A stretch of DNA of 64,000 nt. Source: an uncultured delta proteobacterium. GTDB taxonomy: Bacteria > Myxococcota > Myxococcia > Myxococcales > Myxococcaceae. The number at the start of each line of letters is the position of its first letter. The first letter of the stretch is position 1. Made by a program: the position numbers and the translations under genes. The stretch spans positions 192,001 to 256,000 of the forward strand of contig CAVQKE010000007.1 of NCBI GenBank assembly GCA_963713045.1, written 5' to 3'. Shown in pieces: positions 21,152-31,706 of this stretch. A model generated the notes under the pieces. That model had not been told where the DNA came from and did not search any database. It saw only the letters and a program-made list of their open reading frames with translations.

Positions 21152-21300
21152 CTGTGTTCGATTTGTGTTCAATGCCGCGAACTCAGGCGGATGACTCTGG
21201 ACTCCGTGCCTAGTCGGAAGGCGAATTTTCTGCATAGAACCCCTCGGAGTTACTCAAAGGCGGACCCTTCCGAACTTCGCTGGACGAGGGCGGATTTTCC
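21152..21300 (+). repeat. Core-less type-C arm
   Basis: tgtgttcgatttgtgttcaa direct pair; 21247-21300 resembles 7193-7247. Confidence 0.5.
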
Positions 21301-21562
21301 TGGCCCGGTTTTCGCAGCGTTCTACTTGCGGCTCCTGAAGCGTCCATGAGCGCAGCCGCCGCAATGCGCCGGCCCACCGAGCTCGCTTACAGGTTGTCCG
21401 GTGATCGAGGTGCTGAGGGCTGAAGGCGTGGGAAAGGCGCTCGGTAGAGCAAAAACCAGGCAACGGGTTAGCTCCCCTCAGTTCAGTCGAATATCGCTTC
21501 CTTCGGCGTTCCAGGCGCTCACACTTGGAGCGGCCAAGGCGGAGAAGTAGCGTCCGGGCACA

Positions 21563-23371
21563 GTGAGAGCCCCCTCGAGTCTTGAGCGCCTGCCGGCACG
21601 AATGACATTTGCGGCGTTGGCCGTCGGCGTTGCCACTGGAGTGGGCGCTGTCATCTTTCGAGCACTCATTGGGTTATTCCACAACCTGTTCTTCTTCGGC
21701 AGGCTCTCTTTCATTTACGACGCGAGCCTCCATACGGCACCGAGCACGTGGGGCGTCTGGGTCATCGTGATGCCGGTGTTAGGCGCGCTGTGCGTCGCTT
21801 TTCTCGTCAAGACCTTCGCGCCCGAAGCAAAGGGCCATGGCGTGCCCGAGGTCATTGACACGATCTACTACCAACGAGGAGCCATCCGCCCGGTGGTCGC
21901 CGCGATCAAGTCCCTCGCGTCGTCCCTTACGATCGGGTCCGGCGGCTCCGTCGGGCGAGAGGGACCGATCGTCCAGATTGGCTCCGCTATCGGTTCGACG
22001 CTTGGAAAGATCTTCCGAATGCTCGAATGGGAGCGCATCACGCTCGTCGCCTGTGGCGCAGCAGGCGGCATCGCGGCCACCTTCAACACTCCGATCGGCG
22101 GTCTTCTCTTTGCCGTCGAGCTGCTCGCCCCCGAGATCAGCGCGCGTACACTAATACCGATCGCACTCGCCGCCGGATGCGCCACGTCTGTCGGCCGTTG
22201 GTATTTCGGAGATCACCCAGCTTTCGACATCCCCGGGCTGGCCCTTCCGCTAGCGCATCAGTTCACGCTGGGCGCGGTCTCAGCGTATGTGGTGCTTGGA
22301 CTCATTCTGGGCCTCGTCTCCGCGGTGTTCATCCGAAGCATCTATAGCGTCGAGGATTTATTCGACCGAATGCCCGGGAATTACTACATCCGCCATACGC
22401 TCGGTATGCTCCTGGTCGGCATTCTCATGTACTTGTGCCTGCGGTACTTCGGGCACTACTACATCGAGGGCGTCGGCTACGCCACGATCCAGGACGTGCT
22501 GGACGGTGGCCCGTTGTTGCCCTCCCTGCTGTTTGTCCTCTTTGTACTCAAGATGCTCGCCACCGCGTTGACGCTGGGGTCAGGAGGTTCTGGCGGGATC
22601 TTCTCGCCTTCATTGTTCCTAGGGGCGACGTTCGGGGCCGCTTACGCGCTGTTTGTTGAACGCTATCTTCCGACAGGTATCGAAGCCGCGAGTACGGCGG
22701 TGATCGGGATGGCGTGCATGGTGGGGGCAACGACCGGAGCCGCCGTGACAGCGATCGTGATGATCTTCGAGATGACTCGCGATTACAACGTCATCATCCC
22801 AGTCATGGTCAGCGTGTCATGCGCTTACGGCATCCGTACGTTTCTGCTCGCCGACAACATCTATACGATGAAGCTCACCCGCCGTGGGCACTTCGTCCCA
22901 ACGTCCTTCAACACTGGGATGTACATGCTTCGCAGCGTAGGCGAATTCGCGTCTCGCGAAATTCGCCTAATCGATGCCGACGCCACCATGCATGCTCTTG
23001 GCTTGTCTCGCTTCTCCTCTATCCCGCACGTTCTCTTGGTGAAAGACCATAAGCTACGCGGGGTCGTGCCATCTGCACGCATCGCGCGAATGCGGCGCTC
23101 GGGCGATCTTGACCGACGACTGGTAGAGGAGGCCGATGAAGGGTACGTGCTCGTCGCTTCTAAGACCGAGCTCTTCCTTGTAATTGCACGGATGCGAGAA
23201 CACGGCAAAGAGGTTGCGGTTATCACGCAAACCGGAAACCTCCACAGGGCGGAAGATGTGGTGGGCGTGCTTACGTGGAGGGACGTATCGCGTCACGCCG
23301 GTAACCTGCTTGAACGCCTCCAGCCGAACCGCGGCGAGGGCGATCCGGCGGCTCGCGATCGTCGGGCCTAG
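21563..23371 (+). CDS. ClC chloride channel/antiporter with C-terminal CBS-like domain
   Basis: GHGVPE, GREGP, GGIFSP signatures. Confidence 0.92.
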   Translation: MRAPSSLERLPARMTFAALAVGVATGVGAVIFRALIGLFHNLFFFGRLSFIYDASLHTAPSTWGVWVIVMPVLGALCVAFLVKTFAPEAKGHGVPEVIDTIYYQRGAIRPVVAAIKSLASSLTIGSGGSVGREGPIVQIGSAIGSTLGKIFRMLEWERITLVACGAAGGIAATFNTPIGGLLFAVELLAPEISARTLIPIALAAGCATSVGRWYFGDHPAFDIPGLALPLAHQFTLGAVSAYVVLGLILGLVSAVFIRSIYSVEDLFDRMPGNYYIRHTLGMLLVGILMYLCLRYFGHYYIEGVGYATIQDVLDGGPLLPSLLFVLFVLKMLATALTLGSGGSGGIFSPSLFLGATFGAAYALFVERYLPTGIEAASTAVIGMACMVGATTGAAVTAIVMIFEMTRDYNVIIPVMVSVSCAYGIRTFLLADNIYTMKLTRRGHFVPTSFNTGMYMLRSVGEFASREIRLIDADATMHALGLSRFSSIPHVLLVKDHKLRGVVPSARIARMRRSGDLDRRLVEEADEGYVLVASKTELFLVIARMREHGKEVAVITQTGNLHRAEDVVGVLTWRDVSRHAGNLLERLQPNRGEGDPAARDRRA

Positions 23372-23501
23372 GAGCAACTGATTCGAGTCGAGGTCCGAGT
23401 TCGGTGGGATGCCCGTCCGACTCCACTCGCCTTGCGGCATGTCGGCGAGCCCCCACGTTGGACGCGTCTCCTCGTTGGCCCGGGGTGCTCTGACGGCTCG
23501 G

Positions 23502-24452
23502 TCATTCGCGGTGTCGACTCCGATCACCCAGAGGCGCCGCTGTTGACGATGAAGCCGGCCGATTCAGATCTCCGCGGGCCGCGCTCACTAATGTCGCGAC
23601 CGCCGGGTGTTCGATGCGTCGGCCGGAAGTCACCGCGTAGAACCTGTCCTGAATGCCGTTACATCGTCCGACGAGCCTGACGTCATGCAGGTCCTCGACC
23701 TCGGCCTTGAGCGCTGCACGAACAGGGAAGATTCCTCGCCCAGCGCTTCCGAAGACTCGGAGCAGACCAGCATCGTCAACCTCCGCCCGAATGACGACCT
23801 CGACGTCTTGCTGCGCAAACCACTCGTCCAAACGCCGACGCAATGGCGCGCCGCTCGGGGGAACAATCACGGGGAGCCTGGCGAGAGAACTGGGAAACCT
23901 TCGGCGCGCGACGCGGGCAAGGTCTGCTCTCCCGTACAGCAAGATGTCCGTCTCGCCGAGCAGGTGGCAATGCATACGGCTTCCTGGCGGTATAGTGGGC
24001 ACGTCGTTCGTGAGCGCGACGTGCATCCGACCCGCCGCTAAGCTCGAGACCAAACTTTGTGGCGAGTCCTGACGGATGATCGCAATCCCCTTGGTCTGAT
24101 CCAGGGCTGGGGCGAGCAAATGGTGGACGAGCGTCTTCGGAATCCCGGCCACCACACCCACTCGGAGCGTCTCGCGCCCAGTCCCGGGTCGACCTCGTGC
24201 GACGTCGGTTAGCTCACGACCCAGCCGAAAAATGTCAGCAGCGTACGCAGCCGCGTCAACTCCAAATGGCGTGAGCACCAAGCGCTTGCCCTGGCGGTCG
24301 AAGAGCGGCGAGCCCAAGTGCGCCTCCAGTGCGCGGAGTTGAGCGCTCAGCGTCGAATGGGTGAGCCGTAGTTTGCGCCCGGCTGCTGCGACGCCCCCCT
24401 CTTGGGTGATGACCCAAAAATAGAAGAGGTGATGATAGTTGAGCCATTCCAT
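23502..24452 (-). CDS. LysR-family regulator, NhaR-like
   Basis: MEWLNYHHLFYFWV..EG N-terminus typical of the NhaR subfamily. Confidence 0.88.
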   Translation of the reverse strand: MEWLNYHHLFYFWVITQEGGVAAAGRKLRLTHSTLSAQLRALEAHLGSPLFDRQGKRLVLTPFGVDAAAYAADIFRLGRELTDVARGRPGTGRETLRVGVVAGIPKTLVHHLLAPALDQTKGIAIIRQDSPQSLVSSLAAGRMHVALTNDVPTIPPGSRMHCHLLGETDILLYGRADLARVARRRFPSSLARLPVIVPPSGAPLRRRLDEWFAQQDVEVVIRAEVDDAGLLRVFGSAGRGIFPVRAALKAEVEDLHDVRLVGRCNGIQDRFYAVTSGRRIEHPAVATLVSAARGDLNRPASSSTAAPLGDRSRHRE

Positions 24453-24565
24453 GGCATGTCATTCCAAGCGACGATACATGTCAATCTTTCGTTATGGACG
24501 ACAACCAGACCGCGGGATATCCCTTGAACGAAGACAATGAATGTTCCGACACCAAAGGGAAGCCC

Positions 24566-25519
24566 ATGGCATTGACAGAAAGACAGGACACTTTCCAGCC
24601 GGCGGCTCGGCCTGGCGTTGATTTCGGTTCTAGCGAACCTCTATCGACACTAAGCTCCGCGCGGATACGTATTCTCTTCGCCTTTGAGAAACCAACCTTC
24701 CCCAGTGTAAGCCTGCGAAGGGCGTTCGAGCTCGCACAGCAACTCGATGGTGACCTCTGCCTCTTGCGAGTCGTTCCACCAATCGGCAGCGTCGGTTCCA
24801 GTGACACAAACCGAAGCACCCGGGACGTCATTGCGACCCGTCGCTGGGCGGGCGAGACCCTCGGCGCCAACTTCTCGGGGCAGCGTCTTCAAGTGCGAAC
24901 GGGGGCCTTCGTAGAGCAGACTGCCTCGCACGCACGCCAGCTTGGCGCGGATTTGATTGCGATGCCCCCCGGCCAGCGAGGATTTGGAACGACTGTCACC
25001 ACGCTCGCAGAAGTCTCCCGCCTGCCCGTCTTTGTGGCTCGCGCGAGCAGGTCGCATGGAGCAATCATCGCCGCAACAGACCTCGAGGACGCGGAGTATC
25101 CTGTCCTCCGGAAAGCCGCTGAGCTGGCTGTACAGCTCGATGCGCCCGTTGTCGCCGTACACAACCTGTCGCACATAGATTTGATGACCGGCCCCGGTGC
25201 TGCTTGGACGATGACCGTGACGCCGAATCCGGAACTACGAGAGCTCTATCGGCAGAAATTGGTACGCGTGTCGAAGCGTCTCCAAGCTCACGCAGCGACA
25301 GTGGTGGCGAGCGAAGAGAGTCCAGTCGATGCGATTCTTCGAGAAGCCAGATTGCGCAATGCCGATGTGGTGGTTGTAGGGACACATCGCTCGTGGTTCG
25401 CTCGGGTGATCGGTGCCAGCGTCGCCGCGCAGGTCGTTAATCAGGCGTGGCGCTCCGTGTTGGTCACTCCACTCGACGCATCTCCATGGCCAATGACGGC
25501 ACCACCCGAGCGCGCCTGA
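24566..25519 (+). CDS. Tandem universal stress protein
   Basis: IIAATDL, ADVVVVGTH..IGASVAAQVV..SVLVTP. Confidence 0.8.
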   Translation: MALTERQDTFQPAARPGVDFGSSEPLSTLSSARIRILFAFEKPTFPSVSLRRAFELAQQLDGDLCLLRVVPPIGSVGSSDTNRSTRDVIATRRWAGETLGANFSGQRLQVRTGAFVEQTASHARQLGADLIAMPPGQRGFGTTVTTLAEVSRLPVFVARASRSHGAIIAATDLEDAEYPVLRKAAELAVQLDAPVVAVHNLSHIDLMTGPGAAWTMTVTPNPELRELYRQKLVRVSKRLQAHAATVVASEESPVDAILREARLRNADVVVVGTHRSWFARVIGASVAAQVVNQAWRSVLVTPLDASPWPMTAPPERA

Positions 25520-25633
25520 GGTGGTCGCGCAGGCGGCTGCACTGCGGCCCGGGAGCCTGCGCTGCCAAACGCTGCGAGTCGAAAACTTACAAGGTGCGGG
25601 CGAGTCACCGGCGCTTTCCAAAAACAAATCCAC

Positions 25634-25660
25634 CGAACGTACCGCTGGGAGCTCCCCGGA
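25634..25660 (+). repeat. Isolated fragment of a type-A arm
   Basis: cgaacgtaccgctgggagc, identical to 31558-31576 and 38312-38330. Confidence 0.6.
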
Positions 25661-25975
25661 GAGGGATTTCGGGGCTTAGCCCTGGTGTCGGGAATGCATT
25701 TGTTCGAAGGAGCCGTTGCCCGAAGGGAGGAGACGCGGATTGAGCGCGAGCTTTTTAGCCGATGCTCACTTTTCTAAATCTTTAAGGTCACGCTCAGGTC
25801 AGTTCGCCCGTGGTCGAGCGGACGTGATTGTGCCGGGTCTCGAGGTGACTCGGGCCTGTCGGCGTGACCGGAGCCGGCGGGGTGGTGGTTGCCCCTGCCC
25901 GGATGGGTGGCGTCAGCTTCGCAACTTGTGGCTGTCGTCGACCAGATCCCTAATCTCTAGCTCGAGGCCGATCCG

Positions 25976-26492
25976 CTAGTTCCGTGGCTTCTTCGACGGG
26001 GTGTTTGCGGCCTTCTTCGTCGATCCCTTCTTCCCCCCGACGAAGGGCATGGCCGCGGCCTGTTTCATCCAGGAGGCCACCTGGCGCTCGTCGAGATGGT
26101 CCAACGATGCCAGCTCGACGCCACGTGTGGACTTGCCCATCCCGATCGGTGTGACCGGCGGTTCCGGCTTGATCTCCATGCCACGTATGAACATCAGCTT
26201 GACGTGTCCGACAAAGGCGCCGGACGAGAAGCACCAGCCCTCGCCCACGCCGTAGTACGCCATTCCCCATTTTCCCAGCGCGCCGAAGGTCGGGCAACGT
26301 CTTGGTCGCCAGGGCATCGATGCGCTCGGCAATACCGCGCTGCGGCTGCGGCAGGCTGGCGATGTAGGCGAAGACGGGTTCGTCGCCATCAGCGGCCTTC
26401 GCGGCGCTTGCCTTTCCCGTCATGGCAACCAGCAGCTTCGTGATGGCTTTGCCGTCGGAGGTCTTCTTGCCCTTGGCCTTGTGCGCGACGAT
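25976..26492 (-). pseudogene. DUF1801-like protein, frameshifted near 26290
   Basis: PVFAYIASLPQPQRGIAERIDAL in one frame, KWGMAYYGVGEGWCFS in the next. Confidence 0.7.
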
Positions 26493-26603
26493 ATGCTTCA
26501 CCGGGTTCCTTTCTTGAGCTGCCGGGCGAGCGCCCAGAGGTACCAGCACGATGGCAACCTATCGTCGTGTGGGCCCGCTGTATATGAAGGACGCGCTTCG
26601 CGT

Positions 26604-27167
26604 CTAGCGCCTCTCCAGGAACCCTCTGCCTTCGAATATCGCCGGCATCGCCCTTTCGATTCGCGCCACCCGCGTCGCCGGCTGCTTGGCCGCGGCGAAG
26701 TGGTAGAGGTAACCTCTCTGCCGCCCCGGCGTCAGCGCTTCGAAGGCGCGCTTGAAACGTGGGTCCCTCCGGAACCGCTCCGTCAACTCATCGGGAACAG
26801 GAAAATCTGCGGTCTTCTTCCGCTCCATCCGCAGCCCAGCCTGCTCGACTGCGATGGCCTCGCGCACGTAGGCCTTGATGATCGCCGCCTTCGCCGTGAT
26901 GTCCTTCATGCTGGTGAACTTCATCACCCGCCCGGCTTGCACTTGACCGAGCTGCACGAGCACCTTCTTGGGGTCCTTCAGCAGAGCGCCCTGAAAGAGG
27001 CCCAGACCGAAGTAGTCCTTGAAGCCCTGCATGATGACGATGTTCCTCCCATCCACCGTGTAGGTGGGCTTGCCCCACTTACACTCCTCCTTCATCGCAA
27101 AGCCGGCGAGCACACGCCGCATCACCGCGATCTCCGCCTCCCACCGCTCCTGATACGCCATCTTCAT
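26604..27167 (-). CDS. YdeI/OmpD-associated family protein
   Basis: EECKWGKPTY, FQGALLKDP, AFEALTPGRQRGY, AKQPATRVARI. Confidence 0.88.
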   Translation of the reverse strand: MKMAYQERWEAEIAVMRRVLAGFAMKEECKWGKPTYTVDGRNIVIMQGFKDYFGLGLFQGALLKDPKKVLVQLGQVQAGRVMKFTSMKDITAKAAIIKAYVREAIAVEQAGLRMERKKTADFPVPDELTERFRRDPRFKRAFEALTPGRQRGYLYHFAAAKQPATRVARIERAMPAIFEGRGFLERR

Positions 27168-27226
27168 GCCAGCGCCGTCATCCATAGTATTTGGCGCAAT
27201 TAGACGCGCCTGAATCTGCCGTGCCG

Positions 27227-27445
27227 TTAGGTCGCAGCTCCCGGGGGGTGCTCCGCGAACCACTGCGAGATGGCCGGCATTTCCTTCTCGAACCCGCTGC
27301 GATTGTTGAAGCTGAGGATCCCCGCGCGGGCCGCGCTTCGATTCTCGAAATCGTGCGTCGTTCGACCGGGGATGAGGATGAACGTTCCTCTTGGCGCAGC
27401 AATCCAGCCCCCGTCGAGGAAGACGTTCATGGTCCCGTCGATGAA
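27227..27445 (-). pseudogene. Cupin-domain C-terminal fragment
   Basis: GTMNVFLDGGWIAAPRGTFILIPGRTTHDFENRS; the N-terminal half is replaced by the TetR 3' end. Confidence 0.6.
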
Positions 27446-27453
27446 CGCGGAAG

Positions 27454-28125
27454 TCAGGCCCGAACCGTACGGACTTTCCAGGCGCTGCCGCTCGGCCGGT
27501 GGTTGATATCCCGCGGCAGAAGCACCAAGTCGGCCGCTTGCTCAGCATCCCTGAGAAGCGTTCTGCGCGGCGTGCCCATCCTTGCACGTACGGTCAAACC
27601 ACGGACAATGTCAGTGACTTGGATCGCGCGCACGGCTACTGGAAAGTCAGGGGGGATGTCTCCCACACAGATCCCGTCCCGGAAACGCCGCTCCACCACC
27701 GCCGCGGAGCCCGCGACCGTGCTCTGCAGGAACCGCCGAACCTCAGCGTCGTCCACAAGCGGCGCGACGCACACCAGAAGGCAGCCCCGGGCGGACCCTT
27801 TCTCGGTCGCACTTTCGACGGCGTACCTCAGAAAGCCCGCGATCGAGTCGCGAAGACCCTGTGGCGAGAGGAGTGCCTTCGCGGCTGATGCGCCCTTCCG
27901 TTCTGCGTACGCCCTAAGGACGCGCAAGAATATCGCCCGCTTGTCCCCAAAGACGGCATACAGGCTCGGCCGTCCCACACCCATCCCGGCGACGAGATCG
28001 TCAATCGTCACTCCGTCGTAGCCTTTCGACCAGAAGACCTGCGTCGCCTTTTCCAGCGCCCCCTTCTCGTCAAAGCTGCGCGGTCGTCCTCGCGGCCTAG
28101 CCGTATTTTGAATCATTTGGTTCAA
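27454..28125 (-). CDS. TetR/AcrR regulator
   Basis: RGRPRSFD..FWSKGYDGVT..GVGRPSLYAVFGDK; divergent from the SDR gene. Confidence 0.9.
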   Translation of the reverse strand: MNQMIQNTARPRGRPRSFDEKGALEKATQVFWSKGYDGVTIDDLVAGMGVGRPSLYAVFGDKRAIFLRVLRAYAERKGASAAKALLSPQGLRDSIAGFLRYAVESATEKGSARGCLLVCVAPLVDDAEVRRFLQSTVAGSAAVVERRFRDGICVGDIPPDFPVAVRAIQVTDIVRGLTVRARMGTPRRTLLRDAEQAADLVLLPRDINHRPSGSAWKVRTVRA

Positions 28126-28243
28126 AACTCATTGACAATGGCAATCGCATCAATATATAACCGAACAGTTCGAAATTAGCAAGCCGGTCCTGGCCTCGCG
28201 GGGCCTCACGACTCGACCTTTCCCCTTCACCACGGAGACGCCC

Positions 28244-29221
28244 ATGGAACATTCGATCGCGCTCGTCACCGGCGCCACCTCCGGGCTCGGTTATGCGGCA
28301 GCCCGCTTGCTCGCCATCGAGGGCTACCGCCAGGTCATCGTCACCGGACGCAGCCTGGCCCGGGTTCAAGAGACGGCCGCTCAGCTCGCGGCTGAGACCA
28401 AGACCCAGGTCTTCACCCCGCTGGAGCTGGATCTGGACACGCCGTCCAGCGTTCGGTCAGCCCTCGCCGAGCTCGTCAAGCGAGGTCGGCCGATCGATTT
28501 CCTGCTGCTCAATGCGGGGATGGTCCCAGGTAAGAAGCGCGTGCTCACTGCGGCGGGGTTCGAGGCTTCTCAGGCCCCGCTAATCGGCCATCATCAACTG
28601 ACTGTCGGGTTGCTCCGCGCCAACCTGCTGAGCCCCAACGCGCGGATTGTTATCGCCGGTGCGGAACCTGCCCGAGGGGGCGTACCCCTGTTCAGCTACA
28701 CCGACGTGCCAGCCTTCGCGGCCAAATATCACCAGGGTGACCGAACCGCCGCTGTTGAAGCCCTGGTGCGCAGCGGGCCGAACGTGAAGTACGTGCCCAA
28801 CCGGGCGTATGCCGACGCGAAGCTAATCATCGCTTGGTGGGTCGCGGCGCTGGCGCGCCGGCTCCCCTCCGGCATGGCCGTGTACGCTGTCTCGCCCGGT
28901 GCGGCGACCGACACCAAGGCGGTGCGAAACGCTGGCCCGGCGTTGAAGTATCTGTTTATCCCAATCGTGAACCTCATTCCCGGCATGAATCAGACGCCGG
29001 AGACCGCGGCCCGTCGGTACCTCCAGGCGTCGGAGTTCGGAACCGACGTCTCAGGGCAATTCTTCGCCTCGGCTCAAGGGAAGTTCACAGGCCCAATTGA
29101 GGCGCAGCGCCACCCACACCTCCACGATCGCGCCAGCCAGGAAGCCGCGTGGCAGGCCGTCGTCAAGGTCTCTGGCGTCGACTTCTCCTCCGCAGCACCC
29201 TTGAGCGCGGTGTCGCCCTGA
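28244..29221 (+). CDS. Short-chain dehydrogenase/reductase
   Basis: TGATSGLG, LNAG, YADAK (YxxxK), SPG. Confidence 0.88.
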   Translation: MEHSIALVTGATSGLGYAAARLLAIEGYRQVIVTGRSLARVQETAAQLAAETKTQVFTPLELDLDTPSSVRSALAELVKRGRPIDFLLLNAGMVPGKKRVLTAAGFEASQAPLIGHHQLTVGLLRANLLSPNARIVIAGAEPARGGVPLFSYTDVPAFAAKYHQGDRTAAVEALVRSGPNVKYVPNRAYADAKLIIAWWVAALARRLPSGMAVYAVSPGAATDTKAVRNAGPALKYLFIPIVNLIPGMNQTPETAARRYLQASEFGTDVSGQFFASAQGKFTGPIEAQRHPHLHDRASQEAAWQAVVKVSGVDFSSAAPLSAVSP

Positions 29222-29505
29222 TGGAGCACCCGCTCGCGGCTGAATTGAACGTGGTGACCCAAAATGAGCTGGCGAGGCCTGGGTAGCCATTCCTGCGCTT
29301 CGATCTCGTCGAAGATCTGCAGCGAGAGTCAGGGGGAATACGCACTGGAGCATATGGGCGCCGAGGCCAAAGACCTAATCGCCATGCTGGTCAAGCACCA
29401 CGTGGCCGTTACCTCGACGCTCCCGGTATTTGAATCTCGTCTCGACGGGCGTCCGCCGAGGGCGAATGCTCGAGTCGCTCCGTTCACGCCGCTACCCCTC
29501 GTGGT

Positions 29506-29863
29506 TCAACCTCTTCCCGCCTGCCGCGGGTCGGGGGTCTGGCTGAGATCCTCATCGAACAAGACCTCCGGGTACTTCTTCGCAACATTGAGAAGTTTTA
29601 GCGCGGCGTCCGATGGCTGGCGGGCGTCTGCCTCCCAAGAACGGTACGTGGGCTAACGTTCAGGATTCGGGCGAACGCGGCCTGTGACACGCGCATCCTC
29701 GCGCGGACTGCGACAACGTCCATTCGCTCTCATGGGCCGCGGGGGGCTTTAGCTCGACATCGCGGACAGTAAGCAGAGCCTTCCCACGGTGGTACGCGAT
29801 CGCGTCCTCAAGCCCAGCCTTGATCTTCGAGAAGGCACGGCTGCCAGGCGCCCTGCGCTTCAT
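29506..29863 (-). pseudogene. HTH antitoxin (HigA-like), frameshifted
   Basis: AFSKIKAGLEDAIAY, VSQAAFARIL, WE...QPSDAALKLL across frames. Confidence 0.7.
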
Positions 29864-30081
29864 GGCGTCTCCTTCTTAAGTCGCCAAACCAATGCGGCGA
29901 CCTCCCGGCGCTCCGCCGTCGATAGGTCGGTTTTCTCCCGCTTTCCAAATATCGCAACCAGATGAGTGACCTGTCGTGCGGCAAGATCGAGGTAGTACAC
30001 GCGCACGCCTCCCCTGGTTCCACGTCCAACAGCTCGCTGACTAGCCCTTATCTCCCGTAAGCCTGACACCAGGTGGAACAC
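29860..30081 (-). pseudogene. RelE/HigB-like toxin, 5'-truncated
   Basis: GLREIR..GRGTRGGVRVYY..LVAIFGKREKTDLS; ATGA overlap with the antitoxin. Confidence 0.7.
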
Positions 30082-30231
30082 GGTTAAAAGGGGTTTCCTT
30101 TTGCGCCTGCTCAGGCTTTCTCTCGGCTACTTCCGAGACCGCGCGAGGCACCTGTTATGAGCCAGACCTTAGACATGGGATTGATTGGCAAATGCAGTCA
30201 TCGGCCAAGTGGGGCCACTCTCGCGCCATGA

Positions 30232-30899
30232 TCATGGCGTGGGCGTGCAGTTATCGTCGTGAATAAACTCGTTGTACCAATTGACTTCCCAGGTCTTACC
30301 TCCATCCGTAGAGAAGGCCTGCTCCCATTTCGCCGCAATGGGAGCGTTTTTAGGGTTCAACGCCCGCTCCCATTTCGCTGTAGCCGGCGCGCCCTTTGGG
30401 AACACTGTCCAGGTGTAGCGGACGATAATGGGTATGCCGTTAAACGTGTCAGGGCCCTCGAATATCCCAACGTTGCCATCGAACTTGCCGACTACCGGCG
30501 GCCCGATGACGCCCCCGGAGAACGTGTTGTCGACCCAGTAATTACGCCAAAGGCCCGTCTTGGGATCGTAAGTGCGGACAGTCACTCCGACAAAGTCTTT
30601 CCAGTAGCTCGCCTTCCACTAGTCAATGTCGCCGACGCCCCCGGGCAGTGGACTAGCCTCATCACAGTGATGAAATCGACCCATTCGTGCGAGCCCGCCA
30701 GGCGCTTTGTGAGCCTGTGATTGGGCATTCTCCGTTTGCCGTAAATGAAATCGAAGTCGTGAAGTCCCACCGGCTCGGCCGCTGTCGCGTTCTTCGAGGG
30801 ACCCTGGGATGGGCTGGTTTGTGCCAATGCAGTACCGGAATCGACCGCACCAAAAATCAGTAGCACCGCGGCCACGGTCAGGCTTAGAGCAGTCGTCAC
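30232..30899 (-). pseudogene. Secreted DUF1579-like protein, frameshifted near 30660
   Basis: Signal peptide, HDFDFIYG...RLAGSHEWVDF; RTYDPKTGLW..YW, WEQAFSTDGGKTWEVNW. Confidence 0.7.
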
Positions 30900-30991
30900 T
30901 TAATATCTTCTGTGTCGCTCCTGCGGGATGGAAGTTTCTCAGCGTGTCATTCTGAAACAGCAGCGGTTCATCGACCCTTTGAAGACCGACG

Positions 30992-31489
30992 TCAACGCAG
31001 AATCTCGACGAGCAAGATCCAAGCGTAGAGGGTACCCGCTATGAGCGAGAAGACCACCGCCGGCACCAACCAGTAGAGTCCGCCTCCGGCGTGAACGACG
31101 AGCGACACGCCGGCAATGACGAACGGAAGTGTGGGCAGCTGCGACAGCAGCCCGTTGGCGATAACCCGGCATGCCACACTCTCTCCTCGGCGGCTCAACC
31201 TCAGCAGTTGCATGGCGGTCGGCAGAGCCAAGGCCGCGAGTCCGAGAACGAGCAGCTCCCAACCCACAGCCTTGGAAGTCTGACCAGGCACCAGGAGGAG
31301 CGTGGCGGCCACGAGCACCGTCATAAGCATCGTAATCGCTTGGCCAGCCCGGCGAGGAAGGCTCGGCGCCATCAGAATCTTCGCCAGGTTGATCGAGACT
31401 GCGACGAAGACGAGACCGGCCAGCGCGGCGGCGGCACCCGCCTCAGCAACGAGGAAGGGTTCCCAGCCAGAGAGCGTGTAGGCGTTCAT
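30992..31489 (-). CDS. Small integral membrane protein
   Basis: W..FLVAEAGAAAALAGLVFVAVSIN...AWILLVEILR, about 5 TM segments. Confidence 0.75.
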   Translation of the reverse strand: MNAYTLSGWEPFLVAEAGAAAALAGLVFVAVSINLAKILMAPSLPRRAGQAITMLMTVLVAATLLLVPGQTSKAVGWELLVLGLAALALPTAMQLLRLSRRGESVACRVIANGLLSQLPTLPFVIAGVSLVVHAGGGLYWLVPAVVFSLIAGTLYAWILLVEILR

Positions 31490-31545
31490 TTCGGCTGACC
31501 CCCAAATGCGGACGTCGCTGACGGAGACGCCAATCGTCCGCATGT

Positions 31546-31706
31546 CGAACGTACTCCCGAACGTACCGCTGGGAGCGTCTGGGAGCCCCGTCCTGAGGTC
31601 TCGACGGGCGGCGAGGGGTAGTGCCAAGACCCCGTGGGTACGTTCAGGAGCCCGGGGCGGGCTTCCCAAGCTCGGGGTCGCGGGTTCGAATCCCGTCCGC
31701 CGCTCT
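31546..31706 (+). repeat. att element: type-A arm plus tRNA-Gly core (31661-31706); best-preserved copy
   Basis: cgaacgtactcccgaacgtacc...gtacgttcag...gcttcccaagctcggggtcgcgggttcgaatcccgtccgccgctct. Confidence 0.95.
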
